In this document: piece after piece, positions 1 through 10,329 of the stretch
Layout of the letters: each line of letters starts with the position of its first letter
Position numbering within the stretch: the first letter of the stretch is position 1
Origin: Paracoccaceae bacterium
GTDB taxonomy: Bacteria; Pseudomonadota; Alphaproteobacteria; Rhodobacterales; Rhodobacteraceae
DNA: 64,000 nucleotides
Reading direction: 5' to 3'
Assembly (NCBI GenBank): GCA_046294955.1
Contig: JBKBOF010000002.1
Span: forward strand, 4,963-68,962
Translations under genes and position numbers: made by a program
Notes under the pieces: model-generated
Told to the model about the DNA's origin: nothing
Databases searched by the model: none
Seen by the model: the letters and a program-made list of their open reading frames with translations, nothing else

Positions 1-125
1 GGAACGGCAAACAGTGCAATCTTGCGCCCCTTCGTCAAGGCATGCAGCGACACGGATTCTGGCCCACTGTCACCAAGTCGGATCAGATTGGCCTCTGGAA
101 GTGTATCTCCCACAGAAATCGTCAT
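1..125 (-). CDS. Peroxiredoxin (Prx5/type II-like), 5' part only, truncated by window edge
   Basis: Not in ORF track. Manual translation MTISVGDTLPEANLIRLGDSGPESVSLHALTKGRKIALFAVP matches the Prx5 N-terminus (..GKKVVLFAVPGAF). GAGAGGGA RBS upstream. Confidence 0.85.
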   Translation of the reverse strand, partial: MTISVGDTLPEANLIRLGDSGPESVSLHALTKGRKIALFAV

Positions 126-203
126 GAAATCGTCCCTCTCGCGTTGCGTTTGATCTGTGGCTAGATATAGGGTCCGCACCGTTGGCGACCAGAGGAATTG
201 GCC

Positions 204-1406
204 ATGCATGTGGTAATCATTGGCGCGGGTCAGGCCGGGGCGGCATTGGCGGCTAAATTGCGCGGCTTGGGTCACAAGGGCCCGATCACCATGATCGGTG
301 ACGAGCCCGCCCCGCCCTATCAGCGCCCGCCGCTGTCGAAAGCCTATCTGCTGGGGCAGATGGAGGCAGAGCGGCTATGGCTGCGCGCACCAGAATTCTG
401 GGCAGAACAGGGCGTGACCTTGCACCTTGGTCAGCCCGCCACGACCATCGACACCGCCGCCCAAACTGTGACGGTCGCGGGTGATGTCATCGGCTATGAC
501 GCATTGGCGCTTGCGACCGGATCGACGCCACGCCGTTTGCCTGCGTCGATCGGGGGTGATCTGGCCGGGGTTTATACGGTGCGCACCTTGGCCGACGTGG
601 ACGCCATGCGCGGCGAATTCCAACCGGGACGTCGTGTCGTCATAGTCGGCGGCGGCTATATCGGGCTTGAGGCAGCGGCGGTTGCCTCAAAACTTGGCTT
701 GCATGTCACGGTTCTGGAAATGGCCCCGCGCATCCTGCATCGGGTGGCGTCGCCGGAAACATCACACTATTTCCGGGCTTTGCATCAGTCTCATGGCGTT
801 GAAATCCTTGAATCCACCGGGCTGGAGCGGCTGATGGGAGACGACCGTGTAACGGCTGCGCGCCTGTCCGATGGGCGCGAGATCCCTGCGGATTTCGTTA
901 TCGTCGGGGTGGGGATCGTCCCGAACATTGCTTTGGCCGAAGCAGCCGGGCTTGCGATCGACAATGGCATTGCGACTGACGATTTGGGCCACACCTCGGC
1001 CCCAAATGTCTGGGCAGCGGGCGATTGCGCATCGTTTCCTTGGCAGGGTGGGCGGTTGCGGCTTGAATCTGTGGGGCATGCGATTGATCAGGCCGAAGTG
1101 GTAGCGGCAAATATTCTGGGGGCAGGTACGCCTTATCAGGCGACCCCGTGGTTCTGGTCCGATCAATATGACTGCAAATTGCAGATTGCCGGTCTGAACA
1201 CCGGGTACAACAGGATCGTGACCCGCAAGGGTGACGCAGGTTCGGTCTCATTCTGGTATTATCAGGACGACCGCCTGCTGGCCTTGGACGCGATGAACGA
1301 TGCCCGCGCCTATATGGTTGGCAAACGCCTGATCGAGGCCGGGAAATCTCCCACGCCAGATGTTGTGGCCGACCCGGCGACCGACCTGAAGGCACTGCTC
1401 AGGTGA
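204..1406 (+). CDS. NAD(P)/FAD-dependent ferredoxin reductase (ThcD/putidaredoxin reductase-like)
   Basis: GAGQAG FAD motif, PYQRPPLSK, GGGYIGLE NAD motif, PWFWSDQY. AGAGGA RBS favours ATG 204. Confidence 0.9.
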   Translation: MHVVIIGAGQAGAALAAKLRGLGHKGPITMIGDEPAPPYQRPPLSKAYLLGQMEAERLWLRAPEFWAEQGVTLHLGQPATTIDTAAQTVTVAGDVIGYDALALATGSTPRRLPASIGGDLAGVYTVRTLADVDAMRGEFQPGRRVVIVGGGYIGLEAAAVASKLGLHVTVLEMAPRILHRVASPETSHYFRALHQSHGVEILESTGLERLMGDDRVTAARLSDGREIPADFVIVGVGIVPNIALAEAAGLAIDNGIATDDLGHTSAPNVWAAGDCASFPWQGGRLRLESVGHAIDQAEVVAANILGAGTPYQATPWFWSDQYDCKLQIAGLNTGYNRIVTRKGDAGSVSFWYYQDDRLLALDAMNDARAYMVGKRLIEAGKSPTPDVVADPATDLKALLR

Positions 1407-1966
1407 GGATCATCGGTGGGCGGGCGCGTGGACTGCATCTGGCCCCGGTCGGCACCGGTGATGCTCAGGCACATCTGCGCCCCACCTCAGACCGCGTGAG
1501 GGAAGCCATTTTCAACCTTCTGCTGAACGGTGGCTATGACAATCCGGTGCAGGGTGCGCGGGTGCTTGACCTGTTTGCCGGGACCGGTGCGCTGGGGCTG
1601 GAGGCGCTGTCGCGCGGGGCAGCTTTGGTAGCCTTTGTCGATGACGGGGCAACAGCCCGGGCGCTGCTGAAGCGCAACATCGACCTGATGCGAGCCACGG
1701 GGGAAACCGAAGTATGGCGCCGCAATGCCACACAGATGGGAGTGAACCGCGGGGCTGCATTTGACCTGATCTTCCTTGATCCGCCCTATGGCAAAGGCTT
1801 GGGCGAACGGGCGCTGACATCCTGTGCGGCAGGGGCATGGCTTGCCCCTTCCGCCATGGTGGTCTGGGAAGAAGGCACCGCCCCGGTCCCGCCTTCGGGG
1901 TTTGACCTGGTCGATCAACGCAGATACGGCGATACAGTCGTCACCATATTAAGGACACAGGAATGA
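1403..1966 (+). CDS. rsmD: 16S rRNA (guanine(966)-N2)-methyltransferase
   Basis: MRIIGG, RPTSDRVREAIFN, VLDLFAGTGALGLEALSRGA, DPPY. Confidence 0.95.
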   Translation: MRIIGGRARGLHLAPVGTGDAQAHLRPTSDRVREAIFNLLLNGGYDNPVQGARVLDLFAGTGALGLEALSRGAALVAFVDDGATARALLKRNIDLMRATGETEVWRRNATQMGVNRGAAFDLIFLDPPYGKGLGERALTSCAAGAWLAPSAMVVWEEGTAPVPPSGFDLVDQRRYGDTVVTILRTQE

Positions 1967-2616
1967 CCCCAAAGGCCGTGATCTTTGATTGTGACGGCGT
2001 CGTTGTTGACAGCGAGGGCATGACCTTTGACCTGTTGGTTGGTGAATTTGCCGCCCATGGCTTGCACTTGACGCACGAAGCTATCGCGCACGATTTCATC
2101 GGTGGCACCATGGTAGATGTAGCGCAGCGGGCGCGGCACGCTGGGGCGAATTTGCCCGAGGACTGGGTCGATGCTTTCTATGGCAGGCTCTATGCGCATC
2201 TGGCCGAGGGCACGCCGCTTGTTCCCGGTATTCTGGATGTGCTGGACGCGCTGGATGCCGCCGGTATTCCTTTTGCGATGGGATCGAATGGCAGCGACCA
2301 GAAAATGCAGGTGACTCTGGGCCAGCATCCTGGTCTGATTGCCCGCTTCAAGGGCCATTTGTATTCCGGTCAGACACTTGGGCGTCCGAAACCCGCGCCT
2401 GATCTGTATTGGCATGCAGCGCAGGCTTTGGGGGTTGCACCATCAGACTGCGTGGTGATCGAAGACAGCCCGACAGGCGCACGCGCAGCGCAGGCTGCCG
2501 GGATGCGCTGCCTTGGCTATGCCGCGCACACCCCCGCTGAGCGGTTGATGGCCGAAGGGGCTGAAGCGTTCATCACGATGGACGCCCTGCCCGACCTGTT
2601 GGGCTTGCACTCCTGA
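1963..2616 (+). CDS. HAD-IA family phosphatase
   Basis: FDCDGVVVDSE motif I, KPAPD, IEDSPTG motif IV. ATGA overlap with rsmD. Confidence 0.9.
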   Translation: MTPKAVIFDCDGVVVDSEGMTFDLLVGEFAAHGLHLTHEAIAHDFIGGTMVDVAQRARHAGANLPEDWVDAFYGRLYAHLAEGTPLVPGILDVLDALDAAGIPFAMGSNGSDQKMQVTLGQHPGLIARFKGHLYSGQTLGRPKPAPDLYWHAAQALGVAPSDCVVIEDSPTGARAAQAAGMRCLGYAAHTPAERLMAEGAEAFITMDALPDLLGLHS

Positions 2617-2629
2617 TCTATTGTCCGGG

Positions 2630-5149
2630 TCAGTCCTGCGCGCGCAGCACCTGTGCGGGTCGGGCGGCCAGCGGGCGCAGCGCAAAGGCAAGTCCCGCAG
2701 CCAGTGTTGCGATCACACCCCCGAGCACAATGGCCAGTGCGGAGACGGGCTCAAAGCGATAGGTGCTGTCCATCACGAAAGTCATCACCGCCCAACCGGC
2801 CAGCCCCCCCGCGACGATCGCCACAAGTCCCGCTGCCGCTCCCATCAGGGCCGAGCGCAAGGCAAAACTCGCCAAGATCCGACCGCGTGTCGCCCCAAGT
2901 GTTTTCAGCACAGCAGCCTCATACACCCGCGCGCGTTCCCCAGCAGCAGCGGCACCGATCAAGACAACAAAGCCCGTCATGAGAGTAGCCGCCGCCGCCC
3001 AAGCGGTGGCTGTGGCTATTGCCCCCAAGGCTTCGCTGACGCGTTCGATGGCATCCTTGACGCGAACCGCCGTGATGTTTGGATAGGCCCGCGACAGGTC
3101 ACGCAACAAGGCAGCCTCGGCCTCCGGTGCGGCATAGACGGTGGCAATGTGGGTATGGGGTGCCCCCGCAACAGCCGCTGGGTTCAAGGTCATCACAAAG
3201 CCCATGCCCGCAGTAGAAAAATCGACCTGACGGAAGCTGGTGATGGTGGCGGTGATGTCACGTCCCAGAATGTTGGTGGTGATGGTGTCGCCCAAAGCCA
3301 GACCCATTTCGGCAGCCTCTTCAGCAGCAAAGCTGACCTGCGGGTCGCCAGTGTAGTCGGCCGCCCACCATGTTCCCGCAACGATCGTCGTATTCTCGGG
3401 CGGGGTTGCAGCATAGGTCACACCCCGGTCGCCGCGCACCACCCAATGCTCGCCCGCCACCTCACGCGCGGGACGACCATTGATCTGGGTCACAACGCCA
3501 CGCAGCATCGGCGCGCTTTCGACTTTGGACACGGCGGGGTCTTCGGTCACCCGTGCCAGAAAGCCGTCGATCTGGTCAGGCTGAATATCGACAAAGAAAT
3601 AGGACGGCGCGCGTTCGGGCAGATCCTGCGCAATCGCCAGCCGCAGATTGGCGTCGATCTGGCCAACGGCCGCCAGAACCGACAGGCCAAGCCCGAGTGA
3701 CAATACGACCGAGGTTGCTTCGGCCCGCGGACCGCCGATTGCGGATAGCGCCAGACGCAGAGCCACACGCCCCCGCGCCAGAACCGACCGCGCCAAGCGG
3801 TTGGCACCCTTTCGCAACAGCCACGCCGCTCCGGCCAGAACCAAGAGTGCAGCAGCAATGCCCCCGGCAGACCCAAGCGCCAATTGCGGAACACCCGAGA
3901 ACCAGACAGCCCCCCCGACCAGCAGCGCGAGCAGACCGGTGACCGCGAAAGCTGCCGGCCAACCCGCCCAACCATCACGTCCTGCGCCGCGATACAACGC
4001 CGCCGCCCGCACGTTCTGGGTCCGCGCCAGCGGCCACAGCGTGAACAAAAGCGCCGTGATCAGGCCGTAGAATGCCGCTTCTGCCAAAGGCAACGGATAG
4101 GGTGCAAACACCACCGGCAGCGGAAGCGAAGCGGAAATGACCGGGGCCAGCGCCATCGGAATGGCAACGCCCAAGACCAAACCGATGCAGACGCCAAGAC
4201 CGGCCAGAACCGCAATTTGAAGCAGATAGACGCGAAAGATGGTCCGACCTTCGGCCCCCAGCGTCTTCAAGGTCGCAATGGTAGAGACTTTGCCATCCAG
4301 ATAGGCACGCACCGCCGCCGAGACGCCGACACCACCCACGGCAAGGCCGGCAAGACCTACAAGGATCAGAAACGACCCCATGCGTTCGACAAAACGTTCA
4401 ACGCCGGGTGTGGCCCGACGACTGTCCTGCCACCGCACGCCCTTTTCGCGATAGGCAGCTTCGGTCTGCGCCTGCACTGCATCCAGATTGGTGCCTTGCG
4501 GCAATATCATTCGGTATTTGGTCTCATACAGCGACCCTGGCCCGATCAGACCCGACTGGGCCAGATCTTCCGTCAGAACCATGGTCCGCGGACCAAGAGC
4601 GAAGCCTTGCGTCGCATTGTCAGGCTCGCGCAATAGAATGGCACCAAGCCGGAAGTCCTGCACACCCAGACGGAACGTGTCCCCCACGCCAAGGCCAAGA
4701 CGGTCCGCCAGAACGCGGTCCATCACCGCACCCGGCACACCATCTTTCCGCGCGAACGCCTCGGCAAGTGTAACGTCAGGTTCCAGCACGACCTGGCCCA
4801 ACAAGGGATAGGCACCGTCAACCGACTTGACTTGCGTCAGTGCGGTGTCATCGCCCCGAACCGCCATTGACCTGAAATCGACCACCGCTGACACGGAGGT
4901 GGCGATGCCGTCCATATAGGCACGTTCATCGTCACCAGCGAAGCGGTAGGTGAATTCCATCTGTGCATCCCCGCCGAGCAGAATCGAGCCCTGATCGCGC
5001 AGACCCGCCTCGATCGCGGCGCGAACCATGCCAACGGATGCAATCGCCATGACACCCAGCGCAAGACAAGCAAGGAAAATGCGAAAGCCCCGCAGCCCGC
5101 CGCGCAACTCGCGACGCGCCAGACGCCAAGCCAAGGGCCAACCGGTCAT
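2630..5149 (-). CDS. ABC transporter permease, FtsX/MacB-like (YbbP-like)
   Basis: 839 aa with two FtsX-type TM blocks (IATLKTLGA, AVLKTLGATR) and APSYFFVDIQPDQ. Confidence 0.9.
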   Translation of the reverse strand: MTGWPLAWRLARRELRGGLRGFRIFLACLALGVMAIASVGMVRAAIEAGLRDQGSILLGGDAQMEFTYRFAGDDERAYMDGIATSVSAVVDFRSMAVRGDDTALTQVKSVDGAYPLLGQVVLEPDVTLAEAFARKDGVPGAVMDRVLADRLGLGVGDTFRLGVQDFRLGAILLREPDNATQGFALGPRTMVLTEDLAQSGLIGPGSLYETKYRMILPQGTNLDAVQAQTEAAYREKGVRWQDSRRATPGVERFVERMGSFLILVGLAGLAVGGVGVSAAVRAYLDGKVSTIATLKTLGAEGRTIFRVYLLQIAVLAGLGVCIGLVLGVAIPMALAPVISASLPLPVVFAPYPLPLAEAAFYGLITALLFTLWPLARTQNVRAAALYRGAGRDGWAGWPAAFAVTGLLALLVGGAVWFSGVPQLALGSAGGIAAALLVLAGAAWLLRKGANRLARSVLARGRVALRLALSAIGGPRAEATSVVLSLGLGLSVLAAVGQIDANLRLAIAQDLPERAPSYFFVDIQPDQIDGFLARVTEDPAVSKVESAPMLRGVVTQINGRPAREVAGEHWVVRGDRGVTYAATPPENTTIVAGTWWAADYTGDPQVSFAAEEAAEMGLALGDTITTNILGRDITATITSFRQVDFSTAGMGFVMTLNPAAVAGAPHTHIATVYAAPEAEAALLRDLSRAYPNITAVRVKDAIERVSEALGAIATATAWAAAATLMTGFVVLIGAAAAGERARVYEAAVLKTLGATRGRILASFALRSALMGAAAGLVAIVAGGLAGWAVMTFVMDSTYRFEPVSALAIVLGGVIATLAAGLAFALRPLAARPAQVLRAQD

Positions 5150-5844
5150 TCTGCTGCAGCCTTCATGCGGTCTTCGCCGACGATCCGTCCATCGGCCAGT
5201 CGGACGACCCGGTCACACCGGGACGCCAGCTCCGGCGCATGGGTCACAAGCACGAGTGTCGCGCCATGCTGATCGCGAAGGCCAAACAGCATATCCATAA
5301 TCGCGGCCCCATTGGTGCCGTCCAGATTGCCGGTCGGCTCGTCCGCCAAAAGAATCGCCGGGCGCGGTGCGGCGGCACGGGCCAGCGCCACACGCTGCTG
5401 TTCGCCCCCAGAAAGCTGTCGTGGGTAATGGTCCATGCGCACACCAAGCCCCACGGTGCGCAATTCCGCCTCGGCGCGGGCGAACGCATCCGGGACGCCG
5501 GCCAGTTCCATAGGCACGGCGACGTTTTCAAGCGCGGTCATTGTCGGGATCAGGTGGAAAGATTGGAACACAACCCCCATATTCCCCCTGCGAAAGCGCG
5601 CCAACGCGTCCTCATCCATCGTGGTCAGGTCCGCGCCCAGCGCCAAGACAGACCCCGATGTGGCGCGCTCCAGCCCGCCCATCAGCATCAGGAGAGACGA
5701 CTTGCCAGACCCGGACGGACCGATCAACCCCAAAGTCTCGCCTTTGGCAACCTCAAGGTCGATGCCTTTCAGGATCTCGACCGGCCCGGCATTGCCTGCC
5801 AACGTAAGCGTCGCACCCTTCAACGCCAGAACGGCCTGACCCAT
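5146..5844 (-). CDS. ABC transporter ATP-binding protein (YbbA-like)
   Basis: GPSGSGKS, LSGGEQQR, ILLADEPTGNLD. Start MGQAVL at 5844. Confidence 0.92.
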   Translation of the reverse strand: MGQAVLALKGATLTLAGNAGPVEILKGIDLEVAKGETLGLIGPSGSGKSSLLMLMGGLERATSGSVLALGADLTTMDEDALARFRRGNMGVVFQSFHLIPTMTALENVAVPMELAGVPDAFARAEAELRTVGLGVRMDHYPRQLSGGEQQRVALARAAAPRPAILLADEPTGNLDGTNGAAIMDMLFGLRDQHGATLVLVTHAPELASRCDRVVRLADGRIVGEDRMKAAAE

Positions 5845-6538
5845 GACAATTTCCCTTTTTCTGTCCCACCTTGCATATGGCGCACTGCGCGGAATACGCA
5901 ACCTGACCTTCACGCTGGCGTTACCGGTTTCCGTCGTCCATGCCGAACCTGTGACCATTTTCGCTTTGGGCGACAGCCTGACAGCAGGGTATGGGCTTGC
6001 CGAGGACGAGGGGTTGGTGCCGCAACTGAATGCGTGGCTGAAAGCCGAAGGCACCGATGCCGAAGTGATCAACGGCGGTGTCTCGGGCGACACATCTGCG
6101 GGCGGTCTGTCAAGGCTGGCATGGAGCCTGACACCCGAGGTCGATGCCCTGATCGTGACCCTTGGCGGAAATGACCTGCTGCGGGGCCTGCCTCCGGCCG
6201 TGACACGCGACAACATCGCGGCCATCCTGACTGAAGCAGACAGCCGCGGCCTGCCGGTTCTCTTGATCGGAATGAAGGCACCCGGAAACTTTGGCCCAGA
6301 CTATAAGGCTGCATTCGACACACTTTATCCCGATCTGGCCACACAGTTCGGGGCCATACATATCGACAGCTTTTTTGGTTTGATTGATCCCAACGCAGCC
6401 GACCCCGGCGCCATTGCGCAGTTCATGCAGTCAGATGGTATCCATCCCAGTTCCGAGGGCGTGAAGCGCGTGGTGAGAGTATTGGGCCCGCAAGTTCAGG
6501 CGCTGATTGCGAAAACGGTCGAGGCCGACACACCCTGA
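5843..6538 (+). CDS. tesA: Arylesterase / acyl-CoA thioesterase I, SGNH hydrolase
   Basis: GDSLTAGYG, NGGVSGDTS, LGGND, DGIHP. Divergent from ybbA-like gene. Confidence 0.88.
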   Translation: MTISLFLSHLAYGALRGIRNLTFTLALPVSVVHAEPVTIFALGDSLTAGYGLAEDEGLVPQLNAWLKAEGTDAEVINGGVSGDTSAGGLSRLAWSLTPEVDALIVTLGGNDLLRGLPPAVTRDNIAAILTEADSRGLPVLLIGMKAPGNFGPDYKAAFDTLYPDLATQFGAIHIDSFFGLIDPNAADPGAIAQFMQSDGIHPSSEGVKRVVRVLGPQVQALIAKTVEADTP

Positions 6539-6657
6539 AGCGCAACCTCGGGTGCCATGCCCAGGCCAGTCTGATTTCCGCGCACAATACCCCACCAGCG
6601 GCCTTGCAAGCCACCGCCTTTCCCGGCAAGCCTGTCGCCAACCGAAGGTGAGGCGTC

Positions 6658-8085
6658 ATGCTGCTGATCTCTGAACTTTGTGCATGTCTTGGGCCGCAGA
6701 ATGTTCTGACCGGCGCAGAGACTGTCCGTTTTGCCAACGACTGGACCGGCAAGTATTCCGGTCAGCCTGTGGCAGTTGCACGTCCTGCCAATACCGATGA
6801 GGTCGCCGCCTGCCTGCGCATTGCGGCGGAGTATGGCGTTGCTGTCGTGCCCGTGTCCGGAAACACCGGCCTTGTCGGCGGCACCTTCACCATAGGCGGG
6901 CTGCTGATCAGCCTTGAGCGGATGAACCGGATCCGCGACCTGAACTCGACGACCCGCAGTGCCACTGTCGAGGCAGGCGTGATCCTGTCCACCCTGCACG
7001 ATGCCGCGGCCGAAAGGGGACTGTACTTCCCGCTTTGGTTCGGCGCGCGGGGGTCAGCGATGATTGGCGGCGTGCTGTCCACCAATGCCGGTGGGTCGAA
7101 CGTGCTGCGCTATGGTTCGACACGCGCGCTGTGTTTGGGGCTGGAGGTGGTGCTGGCGGATGGCAGGGTGCTGAACCTGATGTCCGAGTTGCACAAGGAC
7201 AACTCCGGTTACGATCTGAAAGACCTGTTCATCGGTGCCGAGGGCACATTGGGGATCATTACCGCTGCCGTGATGAAACTGGTGCCCGCCCCCCGCGCGC
7301 ATACCACAGCGACGATTGCCGCCCGCAGCCTGTCAGACGCGCTACTTCTGCTCAACCGCTTGCAAGAAACGTCGGGCGGATTGGTCGAGGCGTTTGAATT
7401 CATGCCAGCCACCTATTCGCGACGCCTGTCCAAGGTGCGACCCGACCTTGGCCTTCCGTTCGGCACCATACCAGAGGTGACCATCCTGATCGAACTGGGG
7501 GCCACCGCCCCTGCACTTTGTGATGCTCGACCGGATGGCTCGGTCCCGTTGGACACTTTGCTGGAACAAACGCTAGCCAATCTGATGGAACATGGCCTGA
7601 TCACCGATGCGGTTCTGGCGCGGACCGAAGCGCAACGCAGGGCCATGTGGGCGCGACGCGAGGCCGCAGCAGAGATCACATTTGCAAAACGGCCCTTCAT
7701 TGACACCGATATTGCCGTGCCATTGGACAAGGCGGAAAACTTTCTTGCTGCCATCCATGCGCAGCTGAAGGTTATGGGCATCTTGGCAGAAACGTTAACG
7801 GTGGCGCATCTGGGCGACGGCAACCTGCACTTCACCGTGTTCCCGACCGACCCTGATGCGGCCCTGCCTGACCGCGTGGTAGAGGCGATCGAGGATGTCG
7901 TTGCCGATTTGCGCGGCAGCTTTTCGGCAGAACATGGGGTGGGCCTGTCAAAACTTGCATCAATGTCGCGGCGCAAGGATCCGGTTGCGCTGGACGTGAT
8001 GCGGGCGATCAAGGCAGCCCTTGACCCTGAAAACCGCATGAACCCTGGCAAGGTTGTCCCTGATGGAACCAACGTGTCCTCATGA
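6658..8085 (+). CDS. FAD-binding oxidoreductase (D-2-hydroxyacid/D-2-hydroxyglutarate dehydrogenase family)
   Basis: GNTGLVGG, IGGVLSTNAGG, KDNSGYDL, HLGDGNLH, SAEHGVG, MNPGK. Confidence 0.88.
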   Translation: MLLISELCACLGPQNVLTGAETVRFANDWTGKYSGQPVAVARPANTDEVAACLRIAAEYGVAVVPVSGNTGLVGGTFTIGGLLISLERMNRIRDLNSTTRSATVEAGVILSTLHDAAAERGLYFPLWFGARGSAMIGGVLSTNAGGSNVLRYGSTRALCLGLEVVLADGRVLNLMSELHKDNSGYDLKDLFIGAEGTLGIITAAVMKLVPAPRAHTTATIAARSLSDALLLLNRLQETSGGLVEAFEFMPATYSRRLSKVRPDLGLPFGTIPEVTILIELGATAPALCDARPDGSVPLDTLLEQTLANLMEHGLITDAVLARTEAQRRAMWARREAAAEITFAKRPFIDTDIAVPLDKAENFLAAIHAQLKVMGILAETLTVAHLGDGNLHFTVFPTDPDAALPDRVVEAIEDVVADLRGSFSAEHGVGLSKLASMSRRKDPVALDVMRAIKAALDPENRMNPGKVVPDGTNVSS

Positions 8086-9290
8086 CTGCATTGAGCACCG
8101 TTCTTGCGACGCCTGTTTTCAGGATGTTGGCAGGCGTCATCGGGCTTATGGGGCTGATCAACGCATCGCTCTATCCGTATCAATCCCTGATCGGGATCGA
8201 GGTCATGGGCCTGTCGGAACCGGTTTTTGCGCTGGTTTTGGTTCTGGCGTCGGGCGTGGCTGTAATAACATCTGTATTGCTTGGCATCCTGTCGGACCAA
8301 AGGGCGAACCGCAGGACCATTGCCCTGATCACGGCCTGTATTGGCGCGGCGGGTGCTGGCCTGATGCTGATGGCCCCTGGTCCGGTCAGTTTTGTTCTGA
8401 CCAACGGCATCCTGATGCCCATCGCCTCGTCGATCTTTGGTCAGGCCTTTGCGCTGAACCGTCTGGCAACGCAGTCTTTTCCCGAACAGCGCGAAGGCAT
8501 ACAGGCGACAGTGCGGGCCGCCATGTCGGTCACCTTTCTGGTGATGCTGGTGTTCTGGACCTTTGCCTTCGGCTTAGGGGCCAGCGTGATGCTGACCTAT
8601 CTGTCGGGCGGGGTGGCAAGTCTGGCGCTGGTTGTTCTGGTTTGGCGGCACTGGCCCCGCGACGGAACGGCGGGCTGGGACGATCAGCCGTCTGGTCTGC
8701 GACTGGGCGCGGCACTGGCGCAACTGGCGCACCCGCCTATTGCCCTGCGGCTGTTGTGCCTTGGGGCGGTCACATCGTCGGGCGTGCTGTACATGATCCT
8801 CGCATCGCTGATCTTTTCCGAAACACCGGGGCGCGATGCGTCTGATACAGCCCTTTACATCGGTCTGGTCGCCGGGTGGGAGGTGCCGTTCATGCTGCTG
8901 CTGCCCCGGTATCTGGCGCATATCCAACGCACGTCACTGATTTTCTGGGGCACGGTGATGTATGTCACTCACCTGATCATGCTGCCGTTTCTGGCCGACA
9001 GCCCCTGGATCTGGGTCATGACCCTGCCGGCGGGTCTGGGGGGTACAGCAATGCTGATTCTGCCGATTTCCTACTATCAGGATCTGATGGTCGGACGACC
9101 CGGCACCGCTGCATCGATGATGGCGCTGCAAAAGCTGGTGGCCGATGTGATGGCAGCCCTTGCCTTCAGCGTCGGGGTGGCAATCGGCGGCTATGCCCTG
9201 ACCGCCGTTTTGGGTGGCTCGATCGCCGTCGCGGGTGCCTTTGGATTGTGGCTGGCGGACCGCGTGCGGGCCAACCCCTATCCTGCCTGA
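8082..9290 (+). CDS. MFS transporter, sugar efflux (SET)-like
   Basis: About 12 hydrophobic segments; GILSD..ANRR, AGWEVPFML and ISYYQDLMVGRPGTAAS resemble SET-family motifs. ATGA overlap with upstream gene. Confidence 0.8.
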   Translation: MTALSTVLATPVFRMLAGVIGLMGLINASLYPYQSLIGIEVMGLSEPVFALVLVLASGVAVITSVLLGILSDQRANRRTIALITACIGAAGAGLMLMAPGPVSFVLTNGILMPIASSIFGQAFALNRLATQSFPEQREGIQATVRAAMSVTFLVMLVFWTFAFGLGASVMLTYLSGGVASLALVVLVWRHWPRDGTAGWDDQPSGLRLGAALAQLAHPPIALRLLCLGAVTSSGVLYMILASLIFSETPGRDASDTALYIGLVAGWEVPFMLLLPRYLAHIQRTSLIFWGTVMYVTHLIMLPFLADSPWIWVMTLPAGLGGTAMLILPISYYQDLMVGRPGTAASMMALQKLVADVMAALAFSVGVAIGGYALTAVLGGSIAVAGAFGLWLADRVRANPYPA

Positions 9291-9297
9291 TCCGCCA

Positions 9298-10242
9298 TCA
9301 GCGCCAGCTGAAGAAATCCGCAGGCGCCCTCGACAACAGCTCTTCTGCAAGGTCATGGCCAAGTGCCACCGCATCGACAGCCCTGCCCCGCCGATCACTG
9401 GCAATCGCCTCTGTGCCGTCAGGCCGCAGGATTTCGCCGCGCAGGTGCAGGATATCGCCGTCAAGTGTTGCAAGCCCAGCAATCGGGGTTTCGCACGATC
9501 CATCCAACCGGGCCAGCATAGCGCGTTCCGCCGTCAAACGAATCCCGGTATCCCGGTCGTGGATCGCGGCCAGAAAGGTTGCTGTGGCTGCATCGTCCCG
9601 GCGACGCTCGATCCCGATGGCACCTTGCGCCACTGCTGGAAGCATTTCGTCGGTTTCGATGGCGGACCGCGCCATATGTGCCATGCCCAGACGGTTCAGC
9701 CCCGCCATGGCAAGGAAGGTTGCAACCGCGACACCGTCTTCCAACTTTTTCATTCGGGTCTGCACATTGCCGCGAAATTCGACCAAGTGCAGATCCGGCC
9801 GTTTCACCCGCAGTTGTGCCCGGCGCCGCAAGCTGGACGATCCAACCGTCGCCCCCTGCGGCAAATCTGACAACCGGGCGACATGCGGGCTGACAAAGGC
9901 ATCGCGCACATCTTCCCGAGGCAGGTAGCAATCAAGGATCAACCCGTCAGGCTGCACCGTCGGCATGTCCTTCATGGAATGCACCGCGATGTCGATGCCC
10001 CCGTCCAACAACGCTTCTTCGATCTCGCGCGTGAACAGACCCTTGCCGCCGATATCCTTCAGCGCCTTGTCCTGTATCTGGTCCCCCATCACCTTGATGA
10101 CGCAGATCTCGAACGCATCTTCGGTCACGCCAAAAGCCGCCATCAGGCTGCGCCTCACCTCATGCGCCTGCCACAAGGCAAGCGGGGATCCACGGGTTCC
10201 GATCTTGAGGGGCTGGGCGGGGGAGGGCAGGTTTTGCATCAT
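9298..10242 (-). CDS. hemC: Hydroxymethylbilane synthase (porphobilinogen deaminase)
   Basis: IGTRGSPLALWQA, GGKGLFTREIE, AVHSMKD, GSSSLRR, RGNVQTR, LDGSCETPI. Confidence 0.97.
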   Translation of the reverse strand: MMQNLPSPAQPLKIGTRGSPLALWQAHEVRRSLMAAFGVTEDAFEICVIKVMGDQIQDKALKDIGGKGLFTREIEEALLDGGIDIAVHSMKDMPTVQPDGLILDCYLPREDVRDAFVSPHVARLSDLPQGATVGSSSLRRRAQLRVKRPDLHLVEFRGNVQTRMKKLEDGVAVATFLAMAGLNRLGMAHMARSAIETDEMLPAVAQGAIGIERRRDDAATATFLAAIHDRDTGIRLTAERAMLARLDGSCETPIAGLATLDGDILHLRGEILRPDGTEAIASDRRGRAVDAVALGHDLAEELLSRAPADFFSWR

Positions 10243-10329
10243 GCGCACAGGCATACAGCTGTCATCTTCGCCTGACAACTATTGACAAGCCGGTGCAAGA
10301 ATCCGACCCATGGGGCAAAGGAGCCCACA

